A stretch of 63,227 bases of DNA, the filler included, from Reticulomyxa filosa (Eukaryota; Protista; Foraminifera), in NCBI GenBank assembly GCA_000512085.1. It is 13 parts of 13 records of this genome, joined end to end, with 100 filler letters (N's around TTAATTAATTAA, not from the genome) between each part and the next. Parts side by side here need not be neighbours in the genome. Positions count along the whole stretch, not along the records: positions 37,352 to 41,982 come from ASPP01001952.1; positions 42,083 to 45,819 come from ASPP01017684.1; positions 45,920 to 47,237 come from ASPP01026330.1; positions 47,338 to 56,454 come from ASPP01009433.1; 9 more parts are not named here. One strand, given 5' to 3'. The position numbers and the translations under genes are program-made. Numbering within the stretch: the first letter of the stretch is position 1; each line of letters starts with the position of its first letter. The notes under the pieces were generated by a model that had not been told where the DNA came from, did no database searches, and saw nothing but the letters and a program-made list of their open reading frames with translations. Of this stretch, positions 38,735-52,386 are shown piece after piece.

Positions 38735-41076
38735 ATGGACAACAAGCTGGAAAAAACGCAAAGATGCAATGTAAAAAAAAGAGATTCTGCCTCAAATCAT
38801 AATCTAAATGAGAATGAAACTGAATCAGATAATGACAATGACAACAACAAAAACGCGCAACCAAAAAAGAACTCATATATGCAAATGATGGCGTTGTCTT
38901 ATAACGGTATGAGTATACTGAGAGAAGATGCATTATATTGAGATATATATATACATTATATATATGTGTAGAAACATCAGATGAAAACGACAAAGTTAAA
39001 ATCCTGTCATGTATGCTGGAAAAAATACTGCCTGAGCGATTGTCTTGGGAAAGCAGGTACCAAATGGCCTTGCTTTTCAAGAAGTGTTACTATTCCAAAG
39101 GAATGGAAATAATCAATCCGAGCAACAAAGACAATGGGCTTCACATAATCATACAAGGCACAGTGTTGATGTCCATGTATGAAGGAGATAACTCGGTTGT
39201 TTTGGGGCCAGGAGATCACTTTGGTGAAGACAAATACAAAACTGCTAGAGCTATCAGTAGTGTGACTGTTTTACATTCTGTAATTTGCGAACAGGACAAT
39301 TACAAAAGTGGTGACAGTCATATCAATGACAAAAATTGTGGCATCATTAACAAAAATAATTGTATCAGTGGCAGACATGATAATATCATTGATATCAGTG
39401 ACGACCATAGTGATACTGACAAAGGTGGTGATAATATATTAAAACTTGGGGACTCTCCAACACAAGTTTGTGAAGACGACAATGATAGCTATGGCAACAA
39501 ATCTGATTCAATTGTTGTTGATGGTGTAAGCCTATTGCAACAAAACACTGAAGAAGAAAAAATAAAAACAGAAAAAAAAATTCTTGCGCATAAAGAAACA
39601 GGCAGTGACAGTGATAACGAGAACGTGAGTGAAGAACTCGTGAAAAAGAGAAATGATTATATTAGTATGAGTCAAAATTATAATAAAATAGCTGATCAAG
39701 ATAATCATAATAAAAAAATTATGATGACAAATAAAAAGGGATCATATCGTGAATTTTATCTTTATGCAGACAAGCTAAACAACAAAACATTATGTGATAT
39801 AGCTGCCAATTGTACTCGATTAAGAGCACAAGGTTATTTTGGTAACATTGATGATTCAAATAATCCTATTTACAAGTATGAAGGTGATGCTCGTGACTTT
39901 TTTGCTGTCACATCAACACTGGACTATTCTCACCAATTTTTAAATTCAAGTGACAATAAAAAAAATAATTTTGCTGCATATCCATTTCCATGTAGAAATT
40001 TAACGGAAGCTAATTGTTCAAGAGGGGCATGTATCAAATGCCGTATATTTTTTTATATTTATCATAAATGTGAAAAAATTTGGATATTACCTTGTGGGCA
40101 TTACTTATGTAGATCGTGTTGCCATTCTTATTTTAATCAAATATATAATTTGCATTATCAATGGACAGAATCAATACAATTATCACATAACAATTTAATG
40201 GAAAAATGGAAACAGAAAGGAATAATTGAAAACATAAAACATGGAGATTACTTTAAAAAAATAATCGAAGCTATATGTACGGAAAAAATATTTAACAAAT
40301 ATGAAGAAAATAATCTTTGTCGAACATATATTTTATGTCCGTGTTCAAGACTTGAATGCAAAGAATTGAGACAATATTTTAGTGGAGAGAATGCAAATCA
40401 TAGCGAAAATAACAAGTATCCGAAATGTGCGCCTACTTTTAGCGACAAAACTGCTAATATACTTTTGCGATATAGAAAGTATTATCTTAAATGGAAAGGT
40501 TGTGATGATCATCATGATAGCAATGTGATCACAAAAAATAATGATGAACGTGACTGCAAAGAAAGACGAAAAAGAAATTCAAACAGGAACAATCAAACAA
40601 CTATTATTAACACGCGCAAAAACCAAAATCACCATAATGAAGATATTAATAAATCTTCTGAAAAAAATATATCTTCAAGATATTGTGGACAAATGAAACA
40701 AGAAGGTATTCAAACAAACAATACCGATTTAATATTGCATGCAGGCAAAAGGAGATTAAGTGATAATGATTGTACACCAAATAAAAGGAAAAAAAATATC
40801 TCTAATGACTTGAACAAACATGAAGGAAACAGTGAAGAGATATTGAAACAATTAGAAGAGATGGTTCAAATGGAAAAAATGAAATTGACTGAAATATTAG
40901 ATCATATAATTATAATAAATCAAAATATACAAAAATTAGCGGAAAAACAATCGGATATGGATCAAAAAATTGAACAATTTCAAAGACAACAAAATGCTTG
41001 CATTTTTCAACCTACAGTGCAACAAAATATTTCAAAAAATTACATCAATTCAACATCTTCTAATACCAATCGATAA
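38735..41076 (+). CDS. cNMP-binding-like domain plus RING finger and coiled-coil protein
   Basis: Intron 38907-38971. cNMP fold YYSKGMEII..GLHIIIQGTV..VLGPGDHFGE..TARA. RING motif CIKC..LPCGHYLCRSC, then CPCSRLEC. Confidence 0.7.
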
Positions 41077-41634
41077 TAAATGTTTATTTTTTTATTTATT
41101 TAAGGAAGCAATTTATTGCTTCTAAGTAAAATAAATTTTATTTTGGAAGGCTAGTTTTTTAACTTGTAATGCAAAATAATATAAAATAATCAATTCTACA
41201 AATGAGATTGTATGTACACTTTTTCATGTTTCATTTAACATGCAAACACCACTTTTTATTCAAAAGGACAATTAAGAATAACAAATGAAAATTCTGTAAT
41301 ATAATTCGATAGACAAAACATATATTTTTAATTATTACACATGTGAAAGGATATACACAACATTTATAAATAAATAATTAAGTTACCTTTTTTCGTTCAT
41401 TATCTGATAATTATTCTTCGATTAAGCAGTCTCTGGCTTTTACTCCGGCAAATTTAACATAAAAATCAAAACTATTATAGCAATGAATATTAATATGTTA
41501 CAAATCATTCAGAGTAAAATTTTTTAAACAAAGCCAAAACAATTCGGCTTAGCGTTATCCAAATTGGACAAAGTAAAAAAAACAAAAGTTTGTTGAAAAA
41601 TTTTGTAGCAAAACCGTGAGAAAGGAAGTAGACT

Positions 41635-41882
41635 CTAATAGATGCTATAGTAACGGATCTTAGATGCTAAAGAAAATATTAACGGAACTAATAGATGCTA
41701 TAGTAACGGATCTTAGATGCTCAAGAAAATATTAACGGAACTAATAGATGCTATAGTAACGGATCTTAGATGCTAAAGAAAATATTAACGGAACTAATAG
41801 ATGCTATAGTAACGGATCTTAGATGCTAAAGAAAATATTAACGGAACTAATAGATGCTATAGTAACGGATCTTAGATGCTAA
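41635..41882. repeat. 53-bp tandem repeat, ~4.7 copies
   Basis: Unit CTAATAGATGCTATAGTAACGGATCTTAGATGCTAAAGAAAATATTAACGGAA starts at 41635, 41688, 41741, 41794 and 41847 (partial). One substitution seen, in copy 2. Confidence 0.97.
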
Positions 41883-41948
41883 TTAGTGCTATTCTTGCGT
41901 TTTGATACTTGCTTTGTTGCAAATTGTATAGCTTTTTTAATTTTTTTG

Positions 41949-41982
<34 letters not shown>

Positions 41983-42082
41983 NNNNNNNNNNNNNNNNNN
42001 NNNNNNNNNNNNNNNNNNNNNNNNNNTTAATTAATTAANNNNNNNNNNNNNNNNNNNNNNNNNNNNNNNNNNNNNNNNNNNN

Positions 42083-42997
42083 CTTCTTTCTTTTTCTTAT
42101 TTTTTTTTTTAATGTTCTTTTTGTTTTTTTCATTTTTTTTTTTTTTATTGCCATTGTTATTATTATCATTGTTGTTATTATTGTTATTGTTATTGTTATT
42201 GTTATTGTTATTATTATTATTATTATTTGTATTCGTAGTATTGTGAGAATGAGCTGTCTTCCTTTTGCTATAATTGATTTTTTCGCATGTTTCATCAAAC
42301 AAAGGGATTTTCAAAGGTAATGGAGGCGCGAGTCCTGTGGACGTTGCTCCTAAAGACAACGTCAATGGCGCTGCGATTGTGTTGGTAGTGGTTGCAGTAG
42401 CTGCTGTTGTTGTGGTTGTAGTGGTCGTCGGTGCTGGCGAGATTGGGGGAGGAATGGCTCCTAATGGGGGTGGCGAGGATGGACACGGCGGAAATGGCAA
42501 CATTGTAACACTTTGGTGTTCCAATCTAGTTGATGCTTGTGGTTGATATCGAGTGTCTTTTATATAGGTTGAATTGTGAAATGACCCTGTATGAGATGTA
42601 GACCACTGTTTATTGTTATTATTATTATTATTATTACTCACAGTTGCAGTGTCGATCTTGTGAAAGAGATCAATGTGATGATGTTGTTCATTGAGATTGG
42701 GGAAAATGATGGCTTCCAACTCCCTTCTCCATTATTTTTCCTTTTCCCCTTGACATGAGCCCATCTCTTTCTATTTTCCCATGAAATCTATCGTTGTTGC
42801 TTCGAGTGGAGTGGAGGGAAAATAACGAAGCATCTTTCCAAAAATCTGCTGTTTCAAGTGACAATGGCAATACCATTCTCGCTGTTGTGTCACGTGGGTG
42901 TTCGAACAACTGGGCTGTCACTATCGCTGCGGTTGGTGTTTCTGTCAATGCTGGAAATAACAATGAAATATTCCCATTGTTTTCATGGTTACTATTA

Positions 42998-43059
<62 letters not shown>

Positions 43060-43390
43060 GTTATTATTATTATTAATATTGTTGTTGCTGTTGTTGGTAC
43101 TGGTGTTTCCATTGACATTCGCATTGACACGTCCGATGGATTCCCCGTTTGAACTACGATTCAATATCAAATCTGTTCCTTCCAGAAATGGCGAATCAAA
43201 CTTGGGCAGCAATGTCATTGCTGTCATGTTTCCATGGTTGAGTATGTCACTTCTTTTGGCCCATGTGGCGATCATTCCACTATTGCCATTGCTATTCATA
43301 ATCCCGTTCACAATTCCAATTCCACCGCCAATGCCACTACCACTACCATTGTTATTGTTATTGTTGTTGCTGTTGCTGTTGCCATTGTTA

Positions 43391-43424
<34 letters not shown>

Positions 43425-43906
43425 CGTTGTTATTGCCATTGCCACTCCCTTCGCCCCCTCTCGACATTGCGTTTGTTATGGTCATGTCACTCACTTCGCT
43501 ATGTCGATTCATATTTTGATCTTGGCCACCCGTGTCCGGCCGTTCCTATGTTTACATGTGTGTTATTCACGTACTGTTTCCTTATTCTACAACAAAGTTT
43601 TTTTTGGAAAAAAAAAAAAAAAAAAGAAAATATTTTTTTTATTTGACTATTTATTTTATTATTTGTTTATTTATCCTTTTTTTTTTTCATTTATGATTTT
43701 TTTCTTTTTTTTTTTTTTAAAAAAAGACTTCTCACCAGTTTGATAGATTTACTCGACGAATAAAAAATGGAACTACTGTCTGCTGAAAAGGATTGTGAAA
43801 AATTACGCTTTCGGGTATCTGTTGGTGGAATCGGGACAGGTGTCACACTTTGGACCCGGGAAATGTCTGGTAGGTACAAGAATTGACCCTCATTTGTCGA
43901 TGACAT
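42083..43906 (-). CDS. Low-complexity Asn/Ser/Pro-rich protein, function unknown, 3'-truncated
   Basis: Chain of minus-strand ORFs with (AAT)n tracts and a probable intron at ~43535-43735. No domain recognised. Confidence 0.5.
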
Positions 43907-44760
43907 CTTCTCCTTTTGTTTGTCCCACTTACTTTGGGATTATTTATCTCTATTGACGGCTTCTTTTTTTCTTCACTTGCTAGTGTTGTCACGTTCAAGT
44001 TTTCGAACAAACACAGTTTTTCGTTACAAAAACGAATTTTAGTACCCCCCAAACCAAGTAAAAAAAACAAGAAACAAACCAAACCTATAAATCAATTAAT
44101 CGAGAATTGCGCGTTGCTACAACGTGAAACGGCGAGAATTGCTATATTCTATTTTCTTTATCTTAATTTTGCCGACTACACAAGGAGAAAATAACTGTCA
44201 AACAGCAACACGAGGGGAGGGAAGGAAAAAAAAAAATGTTCAGCTAAGGCAACAACTATTTGAAACCAAGTATCTTTGCCACCTTTTGAATACTGCCAAT
44301 TTGAAGAAATCAACACATTTGGATCAAGATTAATTTTACAAACAAAAAACATTCACAGTCTTTTCAAAGTTTATATATTAATTTTTTTCCAACTGGAACT
44401 TGAAATGGCATTAAAGAAGTATAATCACTATTCCAACAAAAAAGCTTTGAGACTCATAACAAGTAATTTTGTAAGATATATGCGACGAACGACAGTATAA
44501 AAACTTGTAAGCAATACCGCCAATAAGGATCAATAATTCGTTTTGTTTGGTTAGAGTTTCTACATGATCTGCCAACGCAAAAAATTGAAATTAAAAACAA
44601 ATTTTTTGAAATGGCTAAGGAAGTTGATAAAAAAAAAAGTAGTTGTGTCAATATTGATTGAACTGAAGAAATGCACATGAATTAACAATCCGAAAAGACG
44701 AAAAGAGTGTAAAAGAAGGAAAGAATGAAAGACTGATCAAGATGTTTTGGATAGACAGAT

Positions 44761-45785
44761 TTACGATTTTGGAAAATGTTTAATTTTATTGTTTTGCCAG
44801 TTTGAATGTCCCATGGACGCATGTTGTGAGTGTTGATGAAGGTCCAGAGTATTTTTATCGGATTGATCCTTTGGAGTTTCATTGAGATGATGTGTTTGGG
44901 TTTTATTTTTGCTTTGAAATCTGCTGTTTAGTTTGATTAAAAACTTGGGACTCTGTTCGTGCTTGTTTGCACTTTGTGTGCTATTTAAAGGGATTGACTT
45001 TTCGTTATTTTGTTGTTGTTGTTGTTGTTGTTGTTGTGGTGTATCCCCACGTCCAATGTACGTATAACTCGTAGTGTGTTTTAGCTTTAGCATTTTCGAA
45101 CTGGACAGATCAGTGCCATTACCCGTATGGGCTACTTCTCTGTTACGACTATGGTCCATATCACCTGCTGTTGTAACAGCTCCAACTCTGTTGTTGTTGT
45201 TGTTGTTGTTGTCCCTCTTGGGATCTGGCAAAGCAGAGTTCAATTTGATTTTCTTTGTATTTTGTTGTGGTTGTGGTTGTTGTGGTTGTTGTTGTTGTTG
45301 AACGTTTCTCTTGACAACATCAGTATATCGCTGAGTGAAATGGCGTTGGGCAGACGACCTGGGAATGATATTGATCCGTTGTGTTTTATCTCCCGTGAAT
45401 AGGGCTGTGTTTGTCTGTGATGATGATGTGTCGATGGCAGGCAAGCAATGAGCAGAGTGTTGTTGAAGCGGATGAACACGCGACTTGATGTTAATTGTGA
45501 GATCGTGTTTCCTAGGAGGTTTGTGGTCGACGTCGTCCTCACGAGCATTTCCCCTGGACGCAGAACGTGGATGCGGCGAAATCATCTGCTTCCAGCGCGA
45601 CTCGTGACGAAATCTGTTTGGTTCGGTGGTAGTCAAACTGGAGGTTCGATTTAACGAGCTGTACTGTGTCAAAGGCACGTCTGGGAAGCGTGTGATATTC
45701 GTGGCTCGAGAGGCAAATGGAGTGTCTTTGCGTACTGGGTTTGTGCGAGTGGTTTCGTTGGTTTTGTGTTCATTGTTATTATTGC

Positions 45786-45819
<34 letters not shown>
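44761..45819 (-). CDS. Low-complexity Gln/Asn-rich protein fragment, 5'-truncated
   Basis: Open frame of over 300 codons with poly-Q and poly-N. No domain recognised. Confidence 0.5.
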
Positions 45820-45919
45820 NNNNNNNNNNNNNNNNNNNNNNNNNNNNNNNNNNNNNNNNNNNNTTAATTAATTAANNNNNNNNNNNNNNNNNNNNNNNNN
45901 NNNNNNNNNNNNNNNNNNN

Positions 45920-46344
45920 GTTTTCTTTGCAACATACTGTATAAGTATAGCTTCGATTTAGCTGTCGTCATATAAATGTAATGGAATTGTAAAAAGAAAA
46001 GCTGGATCTGGCAGGTCAGAAAAGATTCATCATGTCACAAAACTAAAAAGATAACGGATTAGTTTAAAGAAAATGATAGAACTGATAAATTTTCCTCATA
46101 GTTCACCAGACCTAAATCCAACTGAGAGCATTTGGTGGATAATTAAAGTGAAATTATATAAAGGCGAAAAAATTAACAATAAACAATAACTTTGTGAAAA
46201 TTTGAAAAAATATAGTGTATGTTTTGAAGAACAAACAAATTCAATCATACGTATATTGCAAATTGCAATCATTCAATAAACACACAAAAAGTACAGCAGA
46301 ATACAAAATAAAGTTGACACCTAAAATGGCACCTTATAGAGATG
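45920..46344 (+). mobile_element. Internally deleted IS630/Tc1/mariner transposase remnant
   Basis: KRKAGSGR at ~45990-46017, then FPHSSPDLNPTESIWWIIK at ~46091-46147 (SPDLNPIE signature). Candidate terminal sequence at 46311-46344. Confidence 0.8.
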
Positions 46345-46733
46345 TCTGTCTTTCAAACTAAGAAACCTTTCCTTTTTTTATATCTGTTGTTGTATTTTTT
46401 AAAAAAATTCAATAACAACAATATTTTAATATTTCGTGTTCTTCAAATCAGAAAGACATATATCATAAATTACTACAAAAACAATCTTGTTCGATTCTAT
46501 ACAAAAAAGACTATACTTGAAATATCTCAAAATTTATTTTAATATTTAGATACAATTTTATTATTTATGCTTTTCAATTCCTTAAACAACATTGAAGCAA
46601 CAAAATAAAATAAAACAAATCTTTTAATGCTTGCATTCAATCAAATCAAAAAAGTTTAATATACTATTACTTTTCTTTTAATCAAATCTTTCAAACAAAA
46701 ACACTTTCCTTTCTTATTTAATAAAAAATTAAA

Positions 46734-47237
46734 TTATCCCCAAATACTAATGTAACCATTGCATGAACCATAACACAAATTCAAATCATAAGTAGCATTC
46801 TTTGTATTCACTTTCTTTTTCAATACAATAAATTTAAGACAAGTTATTCCATAATCTTTTTTATCTCCTTTGATCATATATAATTCATTCTTATTTAATC
46901 GAACATCCCAAAAACGAATTGTATTATCTCTTGATCCAGAACATATCACATTTGAATTACCTATATTATTTTTTATTACAAATGGTGAATATTCAACAGC
47001 ATTAGCACTATCTGTATGTCCATTAAACACTTGAATTTGTCGACAAGACCGAATATCCCACAAACGAACACTTTTATCTGTAGATCCAGATAATATTGTA
47101 TTCAACAATTCATTAGATCCATATTTTACACTCCACACATAATTATCATGTCCTTTGAATACGTTGAATTGTTTTGTTGTTTCAATATCCCATATTCGAA
47201 TGGTTTTATCATATGACCCAGAACAAATTGTATATCC
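46734..47237 (-). CDS. WD40-repeat protein, 5'-truncated
   Basis: GYTICSGSYDKTIRIWD, ILSGSTDKSVRLWD and ICSGSRDNTIRFWD. Paralog of 1076-2450. Confidence 0.9.
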   Translation of the reverse strand, partial: GYTICSGSYDKTIRIWDIETTKQFNVFKGHDNYVWSVKYGSNELLNTILSGSTDKSVRLWDIRSCRQIQVFNGHTDSANAVEYSPFVIKNNIGNSNVICSGSRDNTIRFWDVRLNKNELYMIKGDKKDYGITCLKFIVLKKKVNTKNATYDLNLCYGSCNGYISIWG

Positions 47238-47579
47238 NNNNNNNNNNNNNNNNNNNNNNNNNNNNNNNNNNNNNNNNNNNNTTAATTAATTAANNNNNNN
47301 NNNNNNNNNNNNNNNNNNNNNNNNNNNNNNNNNNNNNAAAAGGATGATCTGGGACGTATTTGGTCCGAACTCGTATACAATCAACCCGATGGGGCCTTGG
47401 AATTAGTGCATCCGCAGTCGCAACCTACTGTTGGTATCTGTCCATGTCTTTTTTTCAATCTCTGTGTCTATGTCTATATCTATCTCTTTTTCATGTTGGA
47501 CAAAGAGGAAAGAAGGGAGAGGTTTTTTCGTTAATTGTTATTAGTAAAAAAAAAAAAAAAAACAACTTGTTTTTGACTT

Positions 47580-47864
47580 TTGGCAATGACAGAGACTGGA
47601 CTAAATAATGAAAAAGGGCAACATGAAATTGAACGATACAAAGAGTGCGTTCGCTATCTCGTCGCCGAAAATCGAGCAATGCAAACGAAAATATCTCAGC
47701 TTGCATCTGACTTAGCAAGTTCTTCGGATGAAATGAAAAAACTTGTTTTGCAGTCCACTGAGGATAGAATAAGAATTGTCGAACATCAACAACTGTTGAT
47801 GGAAGAAAATGAACAATTACGAGAACAATTGGCCAAGTTCGAAAAAAATGTGTCTCAAAAATAA
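47580..47864 (+). CDS. Coiled-coil protein, probable last exon
   Basis: Heptad-rich 94-aa frame preceded by intron-like A/T tracts. Confidence 0.45.
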   Translation: MAMTETGLNNEKGQHEIERYKECVRYLVAENRAMQTKISQLASDLASSSDEMKKLVLQSTEDRIRIVEHQQLLMEENEQLREQLAKFEKNVSQK

Positions 47865-49619
47865 CACTTAATCATTTCACACTTATCAAATAGTTTGTTC
47901 GCCCTGTGATACCTTTTTATTGTTCATTCAATTTTTAAAATGGCTCACAGGCTGCTTTGTTTTTGTTGATCTTGCATGTCTAGAATGTTTTCTTCTGTTT
48001 TTCTTTGAAATAAAATTCAACAACGAACATTTTCGAATACTTCCAATGGTCATACCTTGCAACAATATTTCTTTTTTTTTTTAGTCTTATTTTTCATTTA
48101 TTCATTTATTTATTTTGTCGAGGTTACTTTGTGCGTAAATTCTCTGCATACAATTTTTTTACAATAATTCAATTGCTTGCACTGATGCACTATGTGCCAG
48201 GGCTTTAAGTTTGTTTCGTGATTTAAATAAACTGTAGGAGATTTTTTTAAAAGTAGAAATATTATTTTTAACAACTATTTCTGTTTGCTAAAATCAAATC
48301 ACGTGATGTTAGACATATTTTGCAAATGTCATTGTCGGTTATTTTCCATTGTTTTGCGGCACATGCAACTTGCTGCATTCTCTACTCTCTTTTTGATATT
48401 GTTACGCCTGGTATTGTTTTTCGCTGCCTTGTAGAACATAATAAGTTTTAGCTTTGTAATGGAAGGCTGGGCTTGGCAGATAACGTCATTTCGCACAAAA
48501 TTTATTTTTAAGAACGGACCATGACTTTAACGACTTGCTGTTATTGATGATAAATTAATATAAAAAGAAACTATCAATGAATGTAGCATGCATTAAGTGA
48601 CATCTCATAACTATTCATTACTTCAGCAAAATTATAAGGTAAAAAAAGCAAAATATCTTGGGCGAAAAGAAACAAATTGGCACAAAAAGTTAAAAATATC
48701 GTCCCTTTCATACAAAAAAACTTCAGTAAATCATAACGGCGTCATAATTATTGCATTTGGAAAAATCAAATCATTTCTTCCTTTGAAGTCGTTTTAAAAA
48801 TGGATCAAACTGATATGAAAGTGAAAAAGAAGGTTTTAACATGATCTGGTAACTCCTTTTGACTATTTTATCTGTCCATGCATTGACTTAGCGTGTGAAA
48901 ATAATATGTGCTGTTACAATTAAAAATTAATACAAGCATATATGTGCGTATTCAGAAGAAGTTATCTAGACAGCAATTGCGTAGTGAAACTTATAGATAA
49001 TAAAGAATAACGTTGTTATCTTTTGGCGGAACATATCAACGCGATTATGAAATAAAAGTATTTGAGAAAATGAAAAGATATAATTATCAAAAGATTGCAA
49101 TAAATGGAAACACTTAATGAAAATTTTATTATAACAATTATACATTGAAAGGGTGAAGAAAATTATTGTGGGTAAAATATTACTAATTTCATTGAAATAT
49201 TGAGTTGCTGTATTAAGTCGTTTATTCAAATCATTGGTGTATTTGGTGAAGAGCTTGATAATGAAGATGACGACAAAGTCTTGGAAATATAAACACAAAA
49301 GTGGAAAGATTGACATATAATGAATGAAAATTAGATGAGAAATGGGCGATATAATAAGAACAAAAACTTGCTATTGAAAATATAAACGAAGAATTGAAAG
49401 GAATGAAAGAAAGAATTGAAATCACAAAATTTGAAAGTTGACAAATATATTCAATTATTTTATTGTTTATGAAATGTTATGATTATAGTATCACATTCAA
49501 ATGACTGAAACATTACATGATGTGACAAAGTAAAAAATATATCTTTCACGAAATGGTCAACAAATTGTGCTATTAATATTACATAATAAATTTTAATGTT
49601 TATGCGGCCAGGAAATCTA

Positions 49620-49930
49620 ACAGATATAAGTTGCAATGATTTCTATATTATATTTGGATCAGACGAAACAATTAAAATAAGGAATGCAGCAACAAGCACA
49701 AACGTAAAAGAATTTATTGGCTTTTCTGGTAAAGTATGCGCTGTAAAATTTTTTCCAGAAAACAAACTATGGTGAGTCATTTACAAGATAGCACAATACG
49801 ATAATTGGATGTTAAATTAGGAATAGAAATGCAAAAACTGGACACACCACACAGACTGTTTACGTGGATAGTTCTCTAGATGGAATACAATTGCATCATG
49901 TTCCAATGATGATGCGATTCAATTGTGGAC
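49620..49930 (+). pseudogene. Highly decayed WD40 remnant
   Basis: GSDETIKIRN..KVCAVKFFP and IASCSNDDAIQLW in different frames. Confidence 0.55.
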
Positions 49931-50764
49931 ACCTTTGTGAATGAAGAAGGTGCCAAATGTCATGGAAATAATTTCAAACTAGATAACTAGAAGCAATTAA
50001 AGGTTTTGTTTTGTCTTGTTGATATTATTATTGAAAAAAATTTTATAATTACTTAACGTTGCTCACACAATACAAGTTTAAATATTTTTTTTACTTCGTC
50101 ATTCGTCTTCATACAATACACTCAAAACAGTATGCGAAAATTATTTTGCAAAATAAATTGTTCCCTGTTCAAGAAAAAGGCTTTGTGTAAACAGTTATTT
50201 AAGTGCAAAATGATGACCCAAGTATTCACTTGCACAATAGATCATTTCCATACTTGATCTTATCATTTTTAACCTTCCTTATCAAAAAATCTATTTCCAC
50301 ACGGATTTTGCTCATTGACAAAGATATTAACAAAATCAAACGATAGATGCAAGGCAAAAAATACCTAAACTATTTTATAAAATTGTCAAACGTCATTGAT
50401 GATAACAACAATGGATAATGATTTTACAACATAAATGTTTTGAGGATAAAAATGACTGATCCCCAAACTTTGATTGATTTTTATCGTAGAAATGAAAATG
50501 ATGAACATTTCTATGATCGTTTTCACTTAAATCAATGGAATGCAAATGTGACTGTTACTTGTAGAAGTGTTTTTGAACGCTGTTTTAATCATTTTAAGCA
50601 AAATTCTTTTTGTGATTGGCCGAAAATGTTTATGAAATTTTTTGATTTTTCTTGAACGAAAGCCAAGATTAAAAGTAAAACAAAAAAAAAACAAAACACG
50701 AAAACGTCGATCTTTACTATTAAAAAGAAATAAACTGTATTGGTTGAGATCTAATCATAAATAT

Positions 50765-51895
50765 TCAAGGAGCAATAAGTGAAAGTTGCGCACACAACAT
50801 CATGTGATCACTGGGGTAGATATGACTCGGCAATTTTGAATCAAATTGTTCGACTTCTTCAATGTTCCACACATCCAGTACTCGTTGGACTTGAATTCTA
50901 GGAATCAAATAGGTTTTAGTTTCCTCTTGGAATTCCCCCCAAAAAAGGTAATCCAAATTGCATTTGATAATGCGATCAAGCCAAGCCACATAATGAGTAT
51001 ATTCCAGCTCGACTCCATTACCCCGATACAAATCATGGAATTTCAAGTATTCTTGCAAAAGCAGATAAGGATAAGCCAATGGTTTCACATTTTGTTCGTG
51101 TTTATGCGAAGAGTTGAAATCACCACATAAAAGGATGCAATGATGTTGTGAATATTTTAAGATGGCTTGAATTAGCAAATCGATTTGCTGTACTCTCCAA
51201 TTTTCACGGACATTATCACGTCCGGCCTTCAAGTGTGTTGTCCAAACGTCCAATTCTGTTCCCATTTGGCATTTCAAGCGAACGAACAAGGCAATAGTCG
51301 GACTCTTCTCGTTTAGCACGATGGTTTGGTTGGAGACATGTTCAAATGTTTTGACTTTCCAAAATATGGCGCAGCCATCGCTCATATCGAATTTGGAAAA
51401 GCGTGAAGTGTGTTTACGTGCAAAGACTCCAAAGTATCCAAATGCCTTCAAATGTTTCAGCCAGTAGTCGTCGAATAAGCAGAAATCGACCTCTTGCAAG
51501 CAGATAATGTCGCAATTCTTGTCCACTATTTCGGCGAGCAAGCGAGGAAAGCGGTACTCAAAGTCGAGATATTTCGCGTCGCATTTGAACGTGGTCTGAG
51601 GCGAGCCACCTTTGGACAGCGCGTCAGCCAAGCAGTTGAAAGTACCAATACGAAAAGAAAGACTCTTATTATTATTATTATTGTTATTATTGTTATCTTT
51701 CTTTTGATTATTCTTTGCAATTTCTTCCTCTCCCTCTTCTTCTTCTTCTTTTTTTCCATCCTTTCTCAAACACATTTTTTTTTGCGGATCGCAGTCAATC
51801 CATTTGCGTTGCGGCAATGGGGGTTCAATTGCATTTATAATTGATCTTGCCAATATTATATCTTTATCATTTGTCTTTTCATCGTTATTCTTACT

Positions 51896-51947
<52 letters not shown>

Positions 51948-52353
51948 GTATCATTATTATTATCTCTTTTTTTGTGAGGACTGCTTTTGCATCCAAACAA
52001 GGTATTTGCCAAAAGCGAATGATCATACGACATCAGTGCGTCAATGGAGGCGACGACGGCGGCTTTGATCTGTGGAATACCTTTATGTTCGCGGACGCAC
52101 TTGGCCAGGTTGTCGCTGCTGTCGGCGGGGTCGGCAAAGGGATTGATGACGTAGAGCGCAAAGCGTCGAGGGTTGTCAATCCAGCTTCCGGAGAGGACGT
52201 CCATTCCTTTGCGACAAATGATGGATGCATTTTTGGAGCTGTGATTGCAATGATGGAGCCACTCGTTGATAACCTGCAAGAATCGCAAAAACAAATCAGC
52301 GACGCAAGTGTTGTTGGGAAGGACGATAGCAGGATAGATGCAATCGACAAGCG

Positions 52354-52386
<33 letters not shown>

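Noticed and set aside
41635-41882. Possible CRISPR array
   Set aside because: The intervening sequences are identical, there are no unique spacers and no cas genes, and the context is eukaryotic.
42794-43519. Poly-Leu/Tyr/Ile 'membrane' ORFs, also at 52033-52719 and 62267-62716
   Set aside because: Alternative-frame or antisense readings of (AAT)n poly-Asn tracts.
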